Origin: Eledone cirrhosa
Lineage: Eukaryota
Assembly (NCBI GenBank): GCA_964016885.1
Contig: OZ024740.1
Span: 305,474,001-305,538,000, forward strand
Length of the DNA stretch: 64,000 nt
Reading direction: 5' to 3'
A program made the position numbers and the translations under genes. How positions within the stretch are numbered: the first letter of the stretch is position 1; the number at the start of each line of letters is the position of its first letter. The notes under the pieces were generated by a model that did no database searches, was not told where the DNA came from, and saw nothing but the letters and a program-made list of their open reading frames with translations. Of the stretch, positions 12,236-25,001 are shown in pieces.

Positions 12236-12536
12236 TACTGAATCTTGATCATAACTACAAACTACGAATGTTGAGAGCTTTCCCCTGCTTGCTCCTGTTT
12301 TTAGGTTTTTAGCTAAACAATCTCTTTGGAATACACACACACACACACATATATATATACACACACACAAATATATATATATATATGATATAAATATATA
12401 TATATAGTCTGAGAATGGGACAGCCGATCTAACTCCACTAACATGAGAAATAGATATTAAACAATGATAAATTCCGACCTCACACACTTACACCTCTCCA
12501 AGACAATGTCACTGGACCGAGACCTTTGGCGGTACT

Positions 12537-12930
12537 CAGTAATAGAGAAGACCCGCCTTACCTAAATACAAAGTAAAACCTACTACAGTCAGTAGGCATC
12601 TCTAACAAAATACACCCCCACCCCATCCACACCGCCCCTTTCAATGTAAAGTTATGTTGGTGCCACAACATCCAGGCCGAAACAAATGAGATCGTGTAGG
12701 TGTCACGACAAAAAAACACACAGTCCACGCTGTAATGTGGCCGTGTAGGCAACATGGTAAAAACCTCCCAGCCCCACACTGTAAATGTGGTTGGTGTTAG
12801 GAAGGGCATCCAGCTGTAGAAAACCCGCCAGACAGTCCTATGCGAGCAAGACAATCACTCTTGCCTCAAGTGGGAAAACCCCCGTCCAAACCCAACGTTA
12901 AACGTTGATGATGATGATGATGATGATCAT
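12537..12930 (+). mobile_element. Non-autonomous RTE-tailed element, young subfamily (copy 1)
   Basis: Near-identical to 43746-44158. Confidence 0.85.
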
Positions 12931-14520
12931 CATCATCATCATCATCATGGATCCTTAACCTTTTTCGTGGTCGTTGGGACATTGCACCAACTGCCTCCAT
13001 CTCTGGTGATCATGGGCGAGTGCGATGATGATCATATACATTTACTTATATAAACTCTACAACATCCTTTGGGTTCTCTTCCTTGAGTTTGTATATCTGT
13101 TGTTCAAACACAATTATAACATTTATTTTTTTGTATTAGACAAGACAAAAGGACTGCTCCCCTAGATTTTGCATCAACCCCCAACCCACCATTCCATCCA
13201 AATACCACCATCAACATAGATTAGATTGACACAATTGATATTAGCTTGAATAGCTGCAAGTTGATATCTTTATAAAATAATATGGGCAGGAAGATAAATG
13301 CAGATGATTAATATTCTCCTCATGAGCAAGGATTGCTCAGAATGGGCGGTAATAAAGGAAGCGGCAGGTTGTTGAGTGTGCTTGGGTGGAGGTGATAGGA
13401 AAATAACTAATTTTAAAGAGCAGGTGTCATTCTAGCAGAAGTAGAAGAAGTTAAAAGAGAACATGTTTGTGGATTAGATGTAAATGAGTATTTGCTAACA
13501 AATGAGATGACATTCTATTAAATAAAGTCTAGGATGTTTTTGTGTGTAGCAGTAACCTTATCACACATGTAGGAGTAGTATTTCATTGTGAGTTTTATTT
13601 TAGCTTTGTAGAGAGTCAGCAATTATTTGGGGTTGAAGTGTTTCTGGGACTGAAGAGGAAAACCAATCTTTGGGATATTGTTTTTGCTATGCAATGACTA
13701 TAAGATTACTATAAGAGATTATCAGTGATTGTGACATTTGCATTTGGAGTAATTTCAGGGATTTAAAAAAAACCTTTTATGATGATATTTTTAATGAAAA
13801 ACAACCTATTTCAATTAATTAATGAAACCTTTTGAAGGATTTTTTAAAAATTGATAATTATTTTGTTACTAAGATTTATGTTAACATACAGTTAACATAT
13901 AGTTGTCATATAAAATTATATTTGAAAAATTGGTGGTTTTGTTTCATAGAATCAGAGTCAGTTTTTGCTGGATTGGTATCTAAAGGGTTAATAGCATTTT
14001 ATCCAAAACTTGCTCTGTAATTTCATGGAAAGAGAAAGGTACATACTGAGGCTAATGAAAATTTTACCAATGTAAGAATTACTAATTAAATGGTAGCAAC
14101 GGGGTGCGGCAGACCCCCCCCCCCCTATTTTACATGATCAACCATTAAAATGAGGAAGGTATTTTTGTCGCACTCTGTATATGTGGAGGCATGTGGCCAA
14201 GTGGTAAGGGTGTTGGACTTATGATCATAATGTCATGGGTTCAATTCCAGGGCTGGGTTGTATGTTAAAATTGTATTGTTGAAATTAACCATTATGATAT
14301 GTTATGTAAATCAGGTTTTTATTACATTGAAAACTGAAAATTATGCATATTAAATTCCAGCTATTCTAAAATAAAACACCATGCTGGAGAAATATTAATT
14401 TTGTTCTATGTTAGGTAAGACGAAAGCCAGCTTTAGATATTAACAAGGAGTTTGTGCCTGAACCAATTCAGACCAAAACTGGAGGAGACATTGAAAGTAT
14501 AAAGTTGATAGATATCTGCT

Positions 14521-14895
14521 TACTCACGGGTCTTGAATAATCGTACCCACTGCTTATTAATATTCATACTCCCCCAACTATCCTCCCACAATTATTAAAT
14601 TTTGCTAATCTATCTCCCGCGAAATATAATTTTAAGTAGTAGCATTCCTGTGACATTAATTTTATTTAGACATTAAAAAACATTACACATGACAATCCTA
14701 TACATTACAAAATAAATAGGAAAGGTTGGCGGTCTCAATATGTAAACTAAACGACTAATACTGGTTTTTAAAAAAAATCAAGGAATACAACATAAAAAAG
14801 TACCGATTTTCCAACCCACCGTTTATTCCAACTCGCTCAATTATTCCAATCTCTCCGCTTATTTCCCCCCCCCCCCCCTATTATTTGGGACTTGT
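14521..14895. mobile_element. TA-flanked MITE (TACTCACGGGTCTTGAATAA..TTATTTGGGA)
   Basis: Homologous to 36038-36533 and to 48494-48810 (inverted). Confidence 0.6.
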
Positions 14896-16229
14896 TTGTA
14901 TGACGAGAATTTTCAAATAAAATTAGATCATCCAGGAGACAGAATATAATTTTGTAGTAGTTGCAGCATAAGATTTCTTGTGTTATACCTTTTAAAAAAT
15001 TTTGTTTGATGATGTTCACGTCAATAAATTTTGTTGTAGCTATAAATGAATTCTACATAAATATATTTCATTCTCGTATTCTCTAGTTCTGTAAAGAGTC
15101 GCCTCCCTTGAATATTCATGTAAAGATGCTATTTTATTTGAGTTACGTCACTTTAGTCCTGATTTTATTCTTACGGGGTCGATGGAATAAAGTACCAGTT
15201 ACACACTGAGTCGATTTAATCAACTGTCATGTCCCCCAGAATTGTTGGCCTTCTGCCTGAATCAGAAACTATTATTTTACAACAAATCTTTTTTTAATTA
15301 TCTCTAATATATATGTTCTACTTTTCTTGATTATCAACATCAAATTGGTTATAATCTCCAAGGATATATACTGCAGGAATTGTTTGACGTTTTCACTGAA
15401 GATTAAGTTATGTAAGACCTGTCTGAATATTTCACTGGAAGCAATGAAAGATTTTTTTCTGCGAGAATATGAGAAAGATATTGTGAGTGTGAGGCACCAA
15501 CCATCTCAAACAACTGGATGTGTTACATTGTGGGTAAGAAATTGCCATCGGCCGCTATGAGGAATTGACACACATATCTTATAAGCAATCTTTATAGCAT
15601 TTCTGCACTTGAGCACTTTTTTTATACTTATATTCTCAGTGCTTCAAAAGCCGAAAATTCTGCTTCGAACATTGTTTGATTAGAATAATAGTTAGTGTTG
15701 TTCAATTATACATTAAAGTCACCAGCTGTAATACCAAGGTTACTATCATCTACTACGAAGGTTGTATGCATGAAGGCACCAGAGAAGTGGTTCTTTTGCT
15801 CATTTGTCAGTCATGATTACAATGGAGATACAGAAACCAATGTTTCCATCATGTTGTCTATGCTTAGTTGCATCTCTCCAGTTTTCTGCCAACAATAAGC
15901 CTATTTTCCCAACTCCAACACTATTATTTCTGCCAACAATAAGCCTATATCCCCAACTCCATCGCTATTATCTACCTAAAAGAATTTGTACTTATGTTCC
16001 TTCATGATTCTGGTTGAAGCATTTCTCTCTCGCTGGCTATCTTACCTCTTGCACACAGAATCTATTTATCTCTGTTCTTGCATCTCTGCAATCTCTCCAA
16101 ACCTATCTTTCATTATGTCAATGTTGATGATAGCAGCTCTGAAATTTTGTACATGACAAGAATATAATCGTGAATACAAGCAGCCAAAATAGGATTCCTC
16201 TGAAGTGTCTTTGGAGTAACATTACTTGA

Positions 16230-16560
16230 TAAAGTGCGTGGCTTGGAGATTGGAGAGTCGCTCCAGCTAGAGCCATTACTTCTCCAAATTGAGATATCAC
16301 AGCTCCAATATTACAGGCATGTGGTTAAGATGTCTCAGGAAAGAATCGCAGGGCAGATTTTATGGGTAAAACCAACCGGCAGAAAACACAAGGGTAGATC
16401 TCGAGCAAGATGGTTGAATAAAATCCATGAGCTTGTCTGGTCTTGCTTGGGGATCCAGATGCTTCAGTTGGAAATTGTTGCTTCTAACAGGACCCGCTGA
16501 AAGGAGTGTTTGAGGACTCTGTTTGACCCTCTCAGGAATAAGTGGTGGGCAAAGAAGAAG
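16230..16560 (+). mobile_element. RTE-clade LINE 3' fragment ((GAA)n-tailed family)
   Basis: Reads QLQYYRHVVKMSQERIAGQILWVKPTGRKHKGRSRARW. Confidence 0.8.
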
Positions 16561-16940
16561 ACAAGGCTAGGAGAATTTCTGGTAGTGTTTGGGATGTTTG
16601 ATATCAATTTTCTGCAACTGGAATGAAAAAAATTGTGATAAGGTCTCTAGCTTATTGACAGATTTTAAATGATTAAGAATAGTCAACAGTAGGGGCACTC
16701 ATCCATGAAATAGTTTCATATATAATAATGTAACTGACAGCTTTAATTAACAACATGGCCTACTTAGTACTGCAGGTCAAAGGTAGTGAGGACTGGACAT
16801 TGAATATATGTCTAGGGGTTCTTACATATAGCAAGACCCTCCCCCTTTCTTCCTCCTTATTCTTTGACTCTGACCTGTTTAAGCATGTTTAAATTTGCTT
16901 CAAGGTTTTCTGAAGATTTTCATGTATAACTGAAGGAAAC

Positions 16941-17013
<73 letters not shown>

Positions 17014-17037
17014 TGTAATAAACAACACAATATAATT

Positions 17038-17110
17038 ATTCCATTACCCAAGGTTTCACGAAGTCAGACGATTCTAACAGAGGCTTCTGAATCCATTCAT
17101 CAGATATAAA
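17038..17110 (-). ncRNA. Degenerate hammerhead ribozyme motif
   Basis: Minus strand reads CTGATGA-ATGGATTCAGA..TCTGACTTCGT-GAAACCTTGGGTA^ATGGAAT; next to a long (TA)n; stem I is weak. Confidence 0.5.
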
Positions 17111-17142
17111 TCTTTAATTTGGATACATATGGATATATATAT

Positions 17143-17321
17143 ATATCACATAATAAACGGAGAATCAGGGGTGCGACGAATAACATTTATTAGACATATT
17201 ACAACTGTTTCTCTGGCGACCAGCTCGATCGTGCCTCGAGCTGGTCGCCAGAGAAACGATTGTAATATGTCTAATAAATGTTATTCGTCGCACCCTTGAT
17301 TCTCCGTTTCTTATGTGATAT
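17143..17321. repeat. Fold-back palindrome (~86-bp arms, 7-nt loop) with hammerhead 3' half GAAACGATTGTA
   Basis: 17143-17228 pairs with 17236-17321. Confidence 0.92.
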
Positions 17322-17433
17322 TATACTCTGCTCTGTAAGAGCATTGAGTGCTCAAACGGCCTACCGCATATGGACGCATTAAGCATCCCACACCAATTAT
17401 ATATATATATACGTGTGCGTGTGTATATATATA

Positions 17434-18041
17434 TGTAACGGAATTATTGTTTTACCTGGCGAAGATTCGAAACTGAATCTGAGGGTTCCCACCACTGTCC
17501 TGTCTAGAGACAAGTATGATAAACATACATACCACTTGACCACAGGTTCTTGACAGATGAAACACACATGGTATACCCATATACACGTCCTTCTAGCTAT
17601 AGGGTTATTATAAATACAAGTACTTAGGGAATCCAACAGAGAGACCAGGAAGGTTAACGATGTAGCAGACCTTTTACTCTTTCTCTCTCCTGGCCTCAGG
17701 CTCTCACATTTAATACCAGCTCGGCAATTTGACCAACTACAGGATAGATACACACAGTAGGTTTACTTATATTTTTTCCTACTCTTTTGGCTTCCTGTTA
17801 TTTCACTTCTATTATATTGTTGTATTGATACATGCATACGAAGATGATGATGATGATGATGATGATGATACACGCTAGCTCGAAGTAGCTAGTCAGCAAA
17901 TAATTGGTGTCACAATTTTATTACTCGATATTCGATATACCAATAAGTAAATATTGTTATTGTAAAATAAACATTGTCAACATCACAATTCTGGCATTAT
18001 TCTTTTTATCATTCATCCTGAAATGAATACATTTATCCACT

Positions 18042-18044
<3 letters not shown>
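17434..18044 (+). mobile_element. Candidate solo LTR
   Basis: Termini TGTAACGGA...TCCACTACA, TATAAATA near 17609 and AATAAA near 17966; about 610 bp, inserted in a TA/CA microsatellite; no clear TSD. Confidence 0.55.
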
Positions 18045-18083
<39 letters not shown>

Positions 18084-18127
18084 GTAAATATGATAATAAT
18101 GGAGCTGCGGCGCTGCAAATGGGTTAC

Positions 18128-18229
18128 ATATGAAAAAGTTTATCCTCATCAGTGGCCATCCAACTGTCGAATGCGACGAAATGCCTACGACGGTTGGATG
18201 GCCACTGATGAGGACAAACGTTTTCATAT
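18128..18229. repeat. Inverted repeat (~42-bp arms) containing CTGATGAG in each arm
   Basis: ATGAAAAAGTTTATCCTCATCAGTGGCCATCCAACTGTCG pairs with CGACGGTTGGATGGCCACTGATGAGGACAAACGTTTTCAT. Confidence 0.85.
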
Positions 18230-18449
18230 ATATATATAAATTGTTTCCTTGCGAAAATCTTACAGCAGATTTTTATGTTTTTATATAAATAGATGTTTGT
18301 GAATGTGTTACATACACTTACACAGACAGACAGATGCGCGCACACACACACAAAGCCACATAAATAAGCAAAACTGATAAAAAGGTTAAACAATCTATGA
18401 AATTATCACTTTTCATGTCATTGTTGGTGTCTCACCTTACCAAGGTGTT

Positions 18450-18816
18450 AGGTAATGCCCATGAGAGTACCTGGTTGTTTCAGCGCCTTAGCCTCGCCAT
18501 CACCTGCAGTAATGCTGCAAATGTATTGGCTTGCCTCAAATATTTCCCTTTGACCATTATGATGTGCGGCCGATTGTCACACTTGGTAGTGAAATGCTGG
18601 TTGCTTTTGTTTTTGTTTCCCCCATTTTTTTCTTTTTCTCACTCTGCTCATATATTTTGGTGTGTTATATTTGTGAGGTCCTAGTAATAGTTAATTGTAA
18701 ATTGTTAATTGTACAATAGTTAATTGTAATTATATGTTTATATTCGTGTTTATATTTTAATTCTGAAAGAATTGTGAACAATTTGTAATGTTATTTATAC
18801 AACTGTGAATAAAACT
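18450..18816 (+). repeat. Locally amplified ~350-bp repeat, copy A
   Basis: Homologous to 20578-20852 (inverted), 21150-21551 and 21627-21795. Confidence 0.8.
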
Positions 18817-18999
18817 TTAAAATCTAAAAAAATAAATTATTAGACTAATTTTTATAGTAAAAAACATGCTTTGGCGCTGTTTACATGGTGCTAAATCCCA
18901 GATTAATGTCCTTTAGTTCATTTCATAATAACAGTACCACTGAGGACCTTCTTAATGCAGTATATCTAGAGAGCCTATGTCTTCCAGGGAAGACAGGCT

Positions 19000-19430
19000 C
19001 ATGGGAAAATTTGAATTCAATAGTGTTAGTTATTAAACAACTCATTGTTGTAAATTACTGTAGTTAACTCTAATAAACAGGGAAAAATCAGGAATCTGAT
19101 GAAACTGCTGATGGTCTGTGTTGGCAACAACTAATGAATAGGAGAATTCATGGAAGAGTTCAGTAAGTTCAGTTACTGTGAGGAATGAAACATCTAATGT
19201 TTCAAGCCATTGTCGTTCATCAGAAAGTAAGGAAGAGAAAGTGGTGTTGTCACTATCGCTGTAAAAGAGGAAAGAATTGAAATTAAGGAGTGACACATGG
19301 ATGATATGGGAAGGGAAGCCAAAAGACAGGTTATGTGAGAGAATCAGTGAGTAGAACAAAGAAAGAAAGATAGAATTGGAGAGGGAAGACCCTGAAAGCC
19401 AATGATCCTGCGGAAAATGATGTTCAAATG
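19000..19430 (-). mobile_element. Very decayed LINE RT fragment
   Basis: Minus strand has remnants resembling PQGS..LSP.LF and Y.DD (FPQD.., YSDSDNTTF). Confidence 0.4.
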
Positions 19431-19989
19431 GTAATTGGAAAGAGTAAAATGGAATGGTAAAGGGAAGGGGAAGCAAAGATTAGCAACATATAAAAAGATA
19501 ATTAAGTCAAAAGTACACACATAATTCTTAAATTATAGAGGATGAGGTGGGAAGAGTGAGGTGGGAAGGCAGGGGAGAGGTTGTGAGGGAATTGCAAGTT
19601 GAATGAAGGAGGAAAAAAAAAGATCTGAGATAGATAGTTCCAATGTAAAAACATTAAATCTATAAGTTTGAGTAGCTCTGGCACCTGAAGAAGAAGAAGA
19701 AGAAGAAGGATAATAAGTGGAAGGAGGAAGAGGATAAGAAAGAACATGAAGAGGGAGAAGAAGGAGGAAGAGGAGGAGGATAAGATGACGAAGAAGAAGA
19801 AAGTGGATAAAAAGGAGGAGAATAATAATAAGAGGAGGGAGGAGGAGGAGAAGAAGGAGAAGAAGGAGAAGAAGAAGAATTTACAGATTCATAGCGTGGA
19901 TTATCTGAAAGAGGAGACTATCGTAAATTTACACCGCTCTCTTAAGAACAACAACGTTTGTTATCCTTTCAATTAGAAATATTTCGAAT

Positions 19990-20068
19990 ATGTCTATGAC
20001 ACAAGCAGCAGCTGAAATCGCTGAGGTTGTTAATCGCTGCTATTCGGCAGAGGAAGATAAGATATTAG
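19990..20068 (+). CDS. LRRC20: LRRC20-like, coding exon 1
   Basis: Encodes MSMTQAAAEIAEVVNRCYSAEEDKIL(D); acceptor AG at 19975-76, donor GTAAGT at 20069; VVNRC..LDLS is typical of the LRRC20 N-terminus. Confidence 0.88.
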
Positions 20069-20364
20069 GTAAGTTTTTCTGAGTTTCATGTATAAATAAA
20101 AGGTATTATCAGCAAAATAAAACCTCCACTACAGGCGCTCCTTTGACCCTACAAGGAGTTATGGATCCATACATCATACAAATTCCCCATCTCTTTTCAC
20201 ACTATTATAATTGCATGTTTATGTTAATCTACTAAAGATGATTCAATTACAAATAATTTGGTCGGGATTTGATCTTAAAAACCTTCGTAAAAGTGAAAGA
20301 AAAAAACTCGGCTATAACCAGTAATACTGTCTAAAACTAAATGTTTATTTCTACATTGGTTATA

Positions 20365-20487
20365 CAGGTAAAATTCCGTTATAACGAAATTTTTCCAATC
20401 CCGGCCACACGTTCAATGTGTTAGGTCGATCTCGTTATAAAGAATTTTTTTATACCCCGTGAATTTCGTTATAATGGAATTTCACTG
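20365..20487. mobile_element. Tc1/mariner (pogo/Tigger-like) MITE
   Basis: TA|CAGGTAAAATTCCGTTATAACGAAATT ... AATTTCGTTATAATGGAATTTCACTG; absent from the paralogous site near 20915. Confidence 0.75.
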
Positions 20488-20577
20488 ATTATTTCGTTAT
20501 AATGGAATTTCAAGATACAGTTTTCTGTGGGTTTCATTTCCTTGGTATTTCTTTTTCATTCGTTGTTAGAAAACCCA

Positions 20578-20852
20578 AGTTTTATTCACAGTTGTATAAA
20601 TAACATTACAAATTGTACGCAATTCTTTCAGAATGAAAATATAAACACATATAATAAATACAATGAACTATTGCTAGGAACCTCACAAATATAACGCACC
20701 AAAATATATTATCAAAAACCATTTAAAAAAACCCCTTCAATTCGTCAGTGGGTCACACACCACACCAAAAGTCAACATAATTTTTTGAGGCTAACCAACT
20801 TGCTGACAGCATTACCATGGGCGATGGCGAGGCCAAGGCGCTGAAACAACCA
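20578..20852 (-). repeat. Locally amplified repeat, copy B (inverted)
   Basis: Reverse complement of 18450-18816. Confidence 0.8.
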
Positions 20853-21240
20853 GTAATAATACTGTCTAAAACTCGGCTCTAAAATAAAATTAAATGTTTA
20901 TTTCTACATTGTTTATACATGGTCAAGATATATTTTTCAGTGGGTTTTATTTCCTTGGACGGTATTCGTGTTAACTTTCTCACATCTCATCATAAATCCA
21001 GCATACATGTGTTGCTAAGCACGCGTATTATAACTGATTGCTGATCACTTTATCAACAACTGTCAAATTAAACACATTTTTATCCGATATAATTTCATTT
21101 CTTTTTATGTATGATAATATCTTTATTATTCACAGTTGTATAAATAACTTGTGGCGATTGTCACACTTGGTGATGAATTGATGGTCGTTTTTGTTTTTGC
21201 CGCTCTGGTCATATATTTTGGTGTGTTATATTTGTTTGTG

Positions 21241-21431
21241 GATTGGGCGGTGGATTGGCAGTATCGGTAGAGGGTCGGACGCCATGCTTTGACGCATAGA
21301 GTTACGGCCCTTGCCATTCTGAGTTCAAATCCCGCCGAGGTTAACTTTGCCTTTCATCCTTACGGGGTCGATAAAATAAAGTACCAGTAATGCACTGTGT
21401 AATTGCTGGCCTTGTGCCAGAAGTAGAAACA
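21241..21431 (+). mobile_element. tRNA-derived SINE, full length, with 16-bp TSD
   Basis: A-box-like TGGCAGTATCGG and B-box GTTCAAATCC; TSD GTTATATTTGTTTGTG at 21225-21240 and 21432-21447. Confidence 0.9.
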
Positions 21432-23147
21432 GTTATATTTGTTTGTGAGTTTTCTAGCAAAAATTAATTGTATTTATTATATGTGTTTATATTTTCATTC
21501 TGAAAGAATTGTGAACAATTTATAATGTTATTTATACAATTGTGAATAAAGTAATATTTAATTTTAAAATAATACAATTGTTTATAATTCTTACAGAATG
21601 AAAATATAAACACTTACAATAAATACATTAATGCTGCCAGCGTATTGGCTTGCCTCAAAATTTTCTGTTGACACTTGAGCGACTGATTGTCGCACTTTGT
21701 GGTGAATTGATGTTTTTTTTCTTTCACTTTGATCATATATACTATGTGCATTATATTTGTGAAGTTTCTAGCAATAATTAATTGTATTTATTAAATAAAT
21801 ATATAATAAAACATCATCACTTCAAATTTGGCGTTTACTAAGCATATTTTCCTTTTGAATCTTAGATTACTATCTTCTACCATTATTCCATATTGTTTGA
21901 TGTCATGCCTAGTATTTTGGCCAACTACTCCTTGTGTGTTACAAGTCTGCTCAAACAGAGCTGACTTTGGTTTATGCTACAAGCAGATGTTTCAAACTAG
22001 TTTCTCATATTTCTAACGTTCAACAAAAAAGTGATGAATGGGAAGGCATAGAATTTTAAAGAAATAGAAAGTGACATCCGAATGAGTATCCTCCACATCC
22101 GACTAACTTACTCTCTGCCTCTGGGTCCTTGCCAACAGGTTGGAGAATACATTGCCCTGCAAGACAGCGAGGGAGACACACTAGAACAGCCACTCCACCT
22201 TGCTGCCAACTCCACTATAATAAGCTATAATTTGCTTACTATAGCTGGCATTGGTGAACCTTTTCAATGTTTTATAATATATATGTTTCCATGTTGCTCA
22301 GTTTTCTGTTCAAATTTCACTGGTCTAGGGTCAATAAAATAAATGCTGGTGAGTGAATTCTGTCTACTATAATCTTTTCTTACAGAAAAACTGGTCTGAG
22401 TGAAATTTAAACATATGTAATTTTTTAGTATTGATCAGTTTACATAGTTCTTTGTATGATGGTGGGGAGAATAACATGAAATATGGTATGGTGGTGGTAT
22501 GTTTGTTGGAATGATAATAATGAGTGTGTTGATGATGAGGATGGCAGTGGTGGTATGTTGGTTGGAATTATAATAATGATTGTGGTGATATATATTTAAC
22601 TCATAACTTTATGGTCAGTAAGTACTCCAGCACCATTTTCTCAGTATGCTGAATGGTTTGTTAATAATCTGTTTTTCCTTTTTTCATTGCAAAAGTAGGC
22701 AGGGTTAAGTGTATATCCATGATGTCATCTCTTCTGCTTGAACATCGTTGTTGAGATATTAAGAATAATAGAATTCCTCATGATGTTGTTGCTATGTTGC
22801 CCAAAGTCAGCTTTGGTTGATCAGATTTATGATTAAAGGCATTTAAACCATAACTATCCTGTCTTTTTCAAGCAGTATACATCCTAGACATTGCTATTGA
22901 ATGCGTCCTTTTAAAATAGTAGGGTATGATTTTAGGAAGATTTGGCTTCTATTTCTAACAGGCTGAGCGACCACACAGAGGTTTTCTCGTTAGCTTGAGA
23001 TAAAAAAATCGTTTTTCCTCATGACACACAGGTTTATCTTATTTTATAATGCCAGCCATCATTAGTTTCTTTGGAGTTATTATTTAATATTAGTATTAAC
23101 TTTGGAGTGTTATTATTTCATATTAATATGAATTCAAATCCCGCCGA

Positions 23148-23411
23148 AGTTAACTTTGCCTTTCATCCTTACGGGGGTCGATAAAATAAAGTACCAGTAA
23201 TGAACTGGGTAATTGCTGGCCTTGTGCCTAAAGTAGAAACAATTATTTCATATTAATATTAACTTTCCAGCATAGTTACGTCCCTTTACGATCTGAGTTC
23301 AAATCCCGCCGAGGTTGACTTTGCCTTTCATCCTTACGGGGTCGATAAAATAAAGTTCCAGAAATGTAGTGGGTAATTGCTGGCATTGTGCCAAAAGTAG
23401 AAACAATTATT
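23148..23411 (+). mobile_element. Two tandem 5'-truncated SINE copies
   Basis: The same core and tail as 21241-21431, present twice. Confidence 0.85.
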
Positions 23412-23469
23412 TCGTTTCAGTATTAAATTTAACCTCATACTAATTAACGTTATTTTATTTTCTTCACAG

Positions 23470-23613
23470 ACTTATCTAACTGCAAATTAATACAAATACC
23501 TGAAGCAGTATATTTTTTAATGAAGAATGTTTGTGTTCAGAAATTAATTCTCACCAATAATCTAATTCCCCGGTTACCTAAGAAATTTGGAATGGTGTTT
23601 CCAGTGATCGCAG
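23470..23613 (+). CDS. LRRC20: LRRC20-like, coding exon 2
   Basis: Encodes DLSNCKLIQIPEAVYFLMKNVCVQKLILTNNLIPRLPKKFGMVFPVIA; CAG| and |GTATAG; 144 nt, phase 1-1. Confidence 0.92.
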
Positions 23614-23982
23614 GTATAGTCCAGATGTTTTAGATAATTTCTATCCTGTAATCAATTTAAATATACACTTCCTCATTACCACCTGTTTTAATACCAACAC
23701 TTGGTTCATACTGATGCAAAAATTTCGACAAGACCCTGTTTGTATTCTTTTTTCTGCAGACATTAACTTGATCATGACTGAAGTATTTCCTGGCTTTAAC
23801 TAAGAATCCATGGTGAAATTCATCTCTGAAGCATGTAGGATGACTGTCTCTAGATGTTATATGAAAGGAAATACAATAGTTGTTTACCCTTTCCTGACTA
23901 CATTTCTAATGAGTAGACTGCTTATAGATTTCAATTAATTTTTAGTATAATAAAAATTTTAGAGGGGTTTAATAAAATATCT

Positions 23983-24897
23983 GCCATGACAAAACACACC
24001 CATTACACACTATAAAGTGATAGTTCTGGTGCTATAACACACCCAGTACACACTGTAAAGTGATAGTTCTGGTGCTATGATAACACACTCAGTACACATT
24101 ATAAAGTAATAGTTCTGGTGCTATGATAGAACACACCCAGTACACACTGTAAAGTGATAGTTCTGGTGCGATGATAAAACACACCCAGTACACACTGTAA
24201 AGTGATAGTTCTGGTGCTATAACACACCCAGTAAACACTGTAAAGTAATAGTTCTGGTGCTATGATAACACACCCAGTAAACACTGTAAAGTGATAGTTC
24301 TTGTGCTATGATAACACACCCAGTAAACACTGTAAAGTGAAAGTTCTGGTGCTATGATAACACACCCAGTAAACACTGTAAAGTAATAGTTCTGGTGCTA
24401 TGATAACACACCCAGTACACACTGTAAAGTGATAGTTCTTGTGCTATACCACACCCAGTAAACACTGTAAAGTGATAGTTCTGGTGCTATGATAACACCT
24501 AGTACACACTGTAAAGTGATAGTTCTTGTGCTATACCACACCCAGTAAACACTGTAAAGTGATAGTTCTGGTGCTATGATAACACACCCAGTAAACACTG
24601 TAAAGTAATAGTTCTGGTGCTATGATAACACCCAGTACACACTGTAAAGTGATAGTTCTTGTGCTATACCACACCCAGTAAACACTGTAAAGTGATAGTT
24701 CTGGTGCTATGATAACACCTAGTACACACTGTAAAGTGATAGTTCTGGTGCTATAACACACCCAGTAAACACTGTAAAGTGATAGTTCTGGTGCTATGAT
24801 AACACCCAGTACACACTGTAAAGTGATAGTTCTGGTGCTATGATAACACACCCAGTAGACACTGTAAATTGATTGGCATTAGGAAGAGCATCCAGTC
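23983..24897 (+). repeat. Minisatellite of ~20 units of 43-46 bp (ACACACCCAGTAMACACTGTAAAGTGATAGTTCTGGTGCTATGATA), expanded within an RTE-tailed element
   Basis: Tandem units with no spacers; the last unit runs into TTGGCATTAGGAAGAGCATCCAG of the parent element. Confidence 0.92.
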
Positions 24898-25001
24898 ATA
24901 GTTGTTGCTTTGTTTGCCAGTGTTATAAATGGTTTCAGAGTTTTGTTCACTTTCCCAAGACCCACTCCAATTTATTGAAGAAAGAAATAATTCCATTTTA
25001 A

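Noticed and set aside
14186-14260. tRNA gene
   Set aside because: A and B boxes are present but there is no convincing cloverleaf; it matches SINE heads at 38727 and 53787.
19686-19976. K/E-rich ORF upstream of LRRC20
   Set aside because: A purine-rich (GAA/GAG)n low-complexity tract that ends in a stop at the acceptor.
23983-24897. CRISPR-like array
   Set aside because: Units are contiguous with no unique spacers, there are no cas genes, the context is a eukaryotic intron, and the unit derives from a retroposon.
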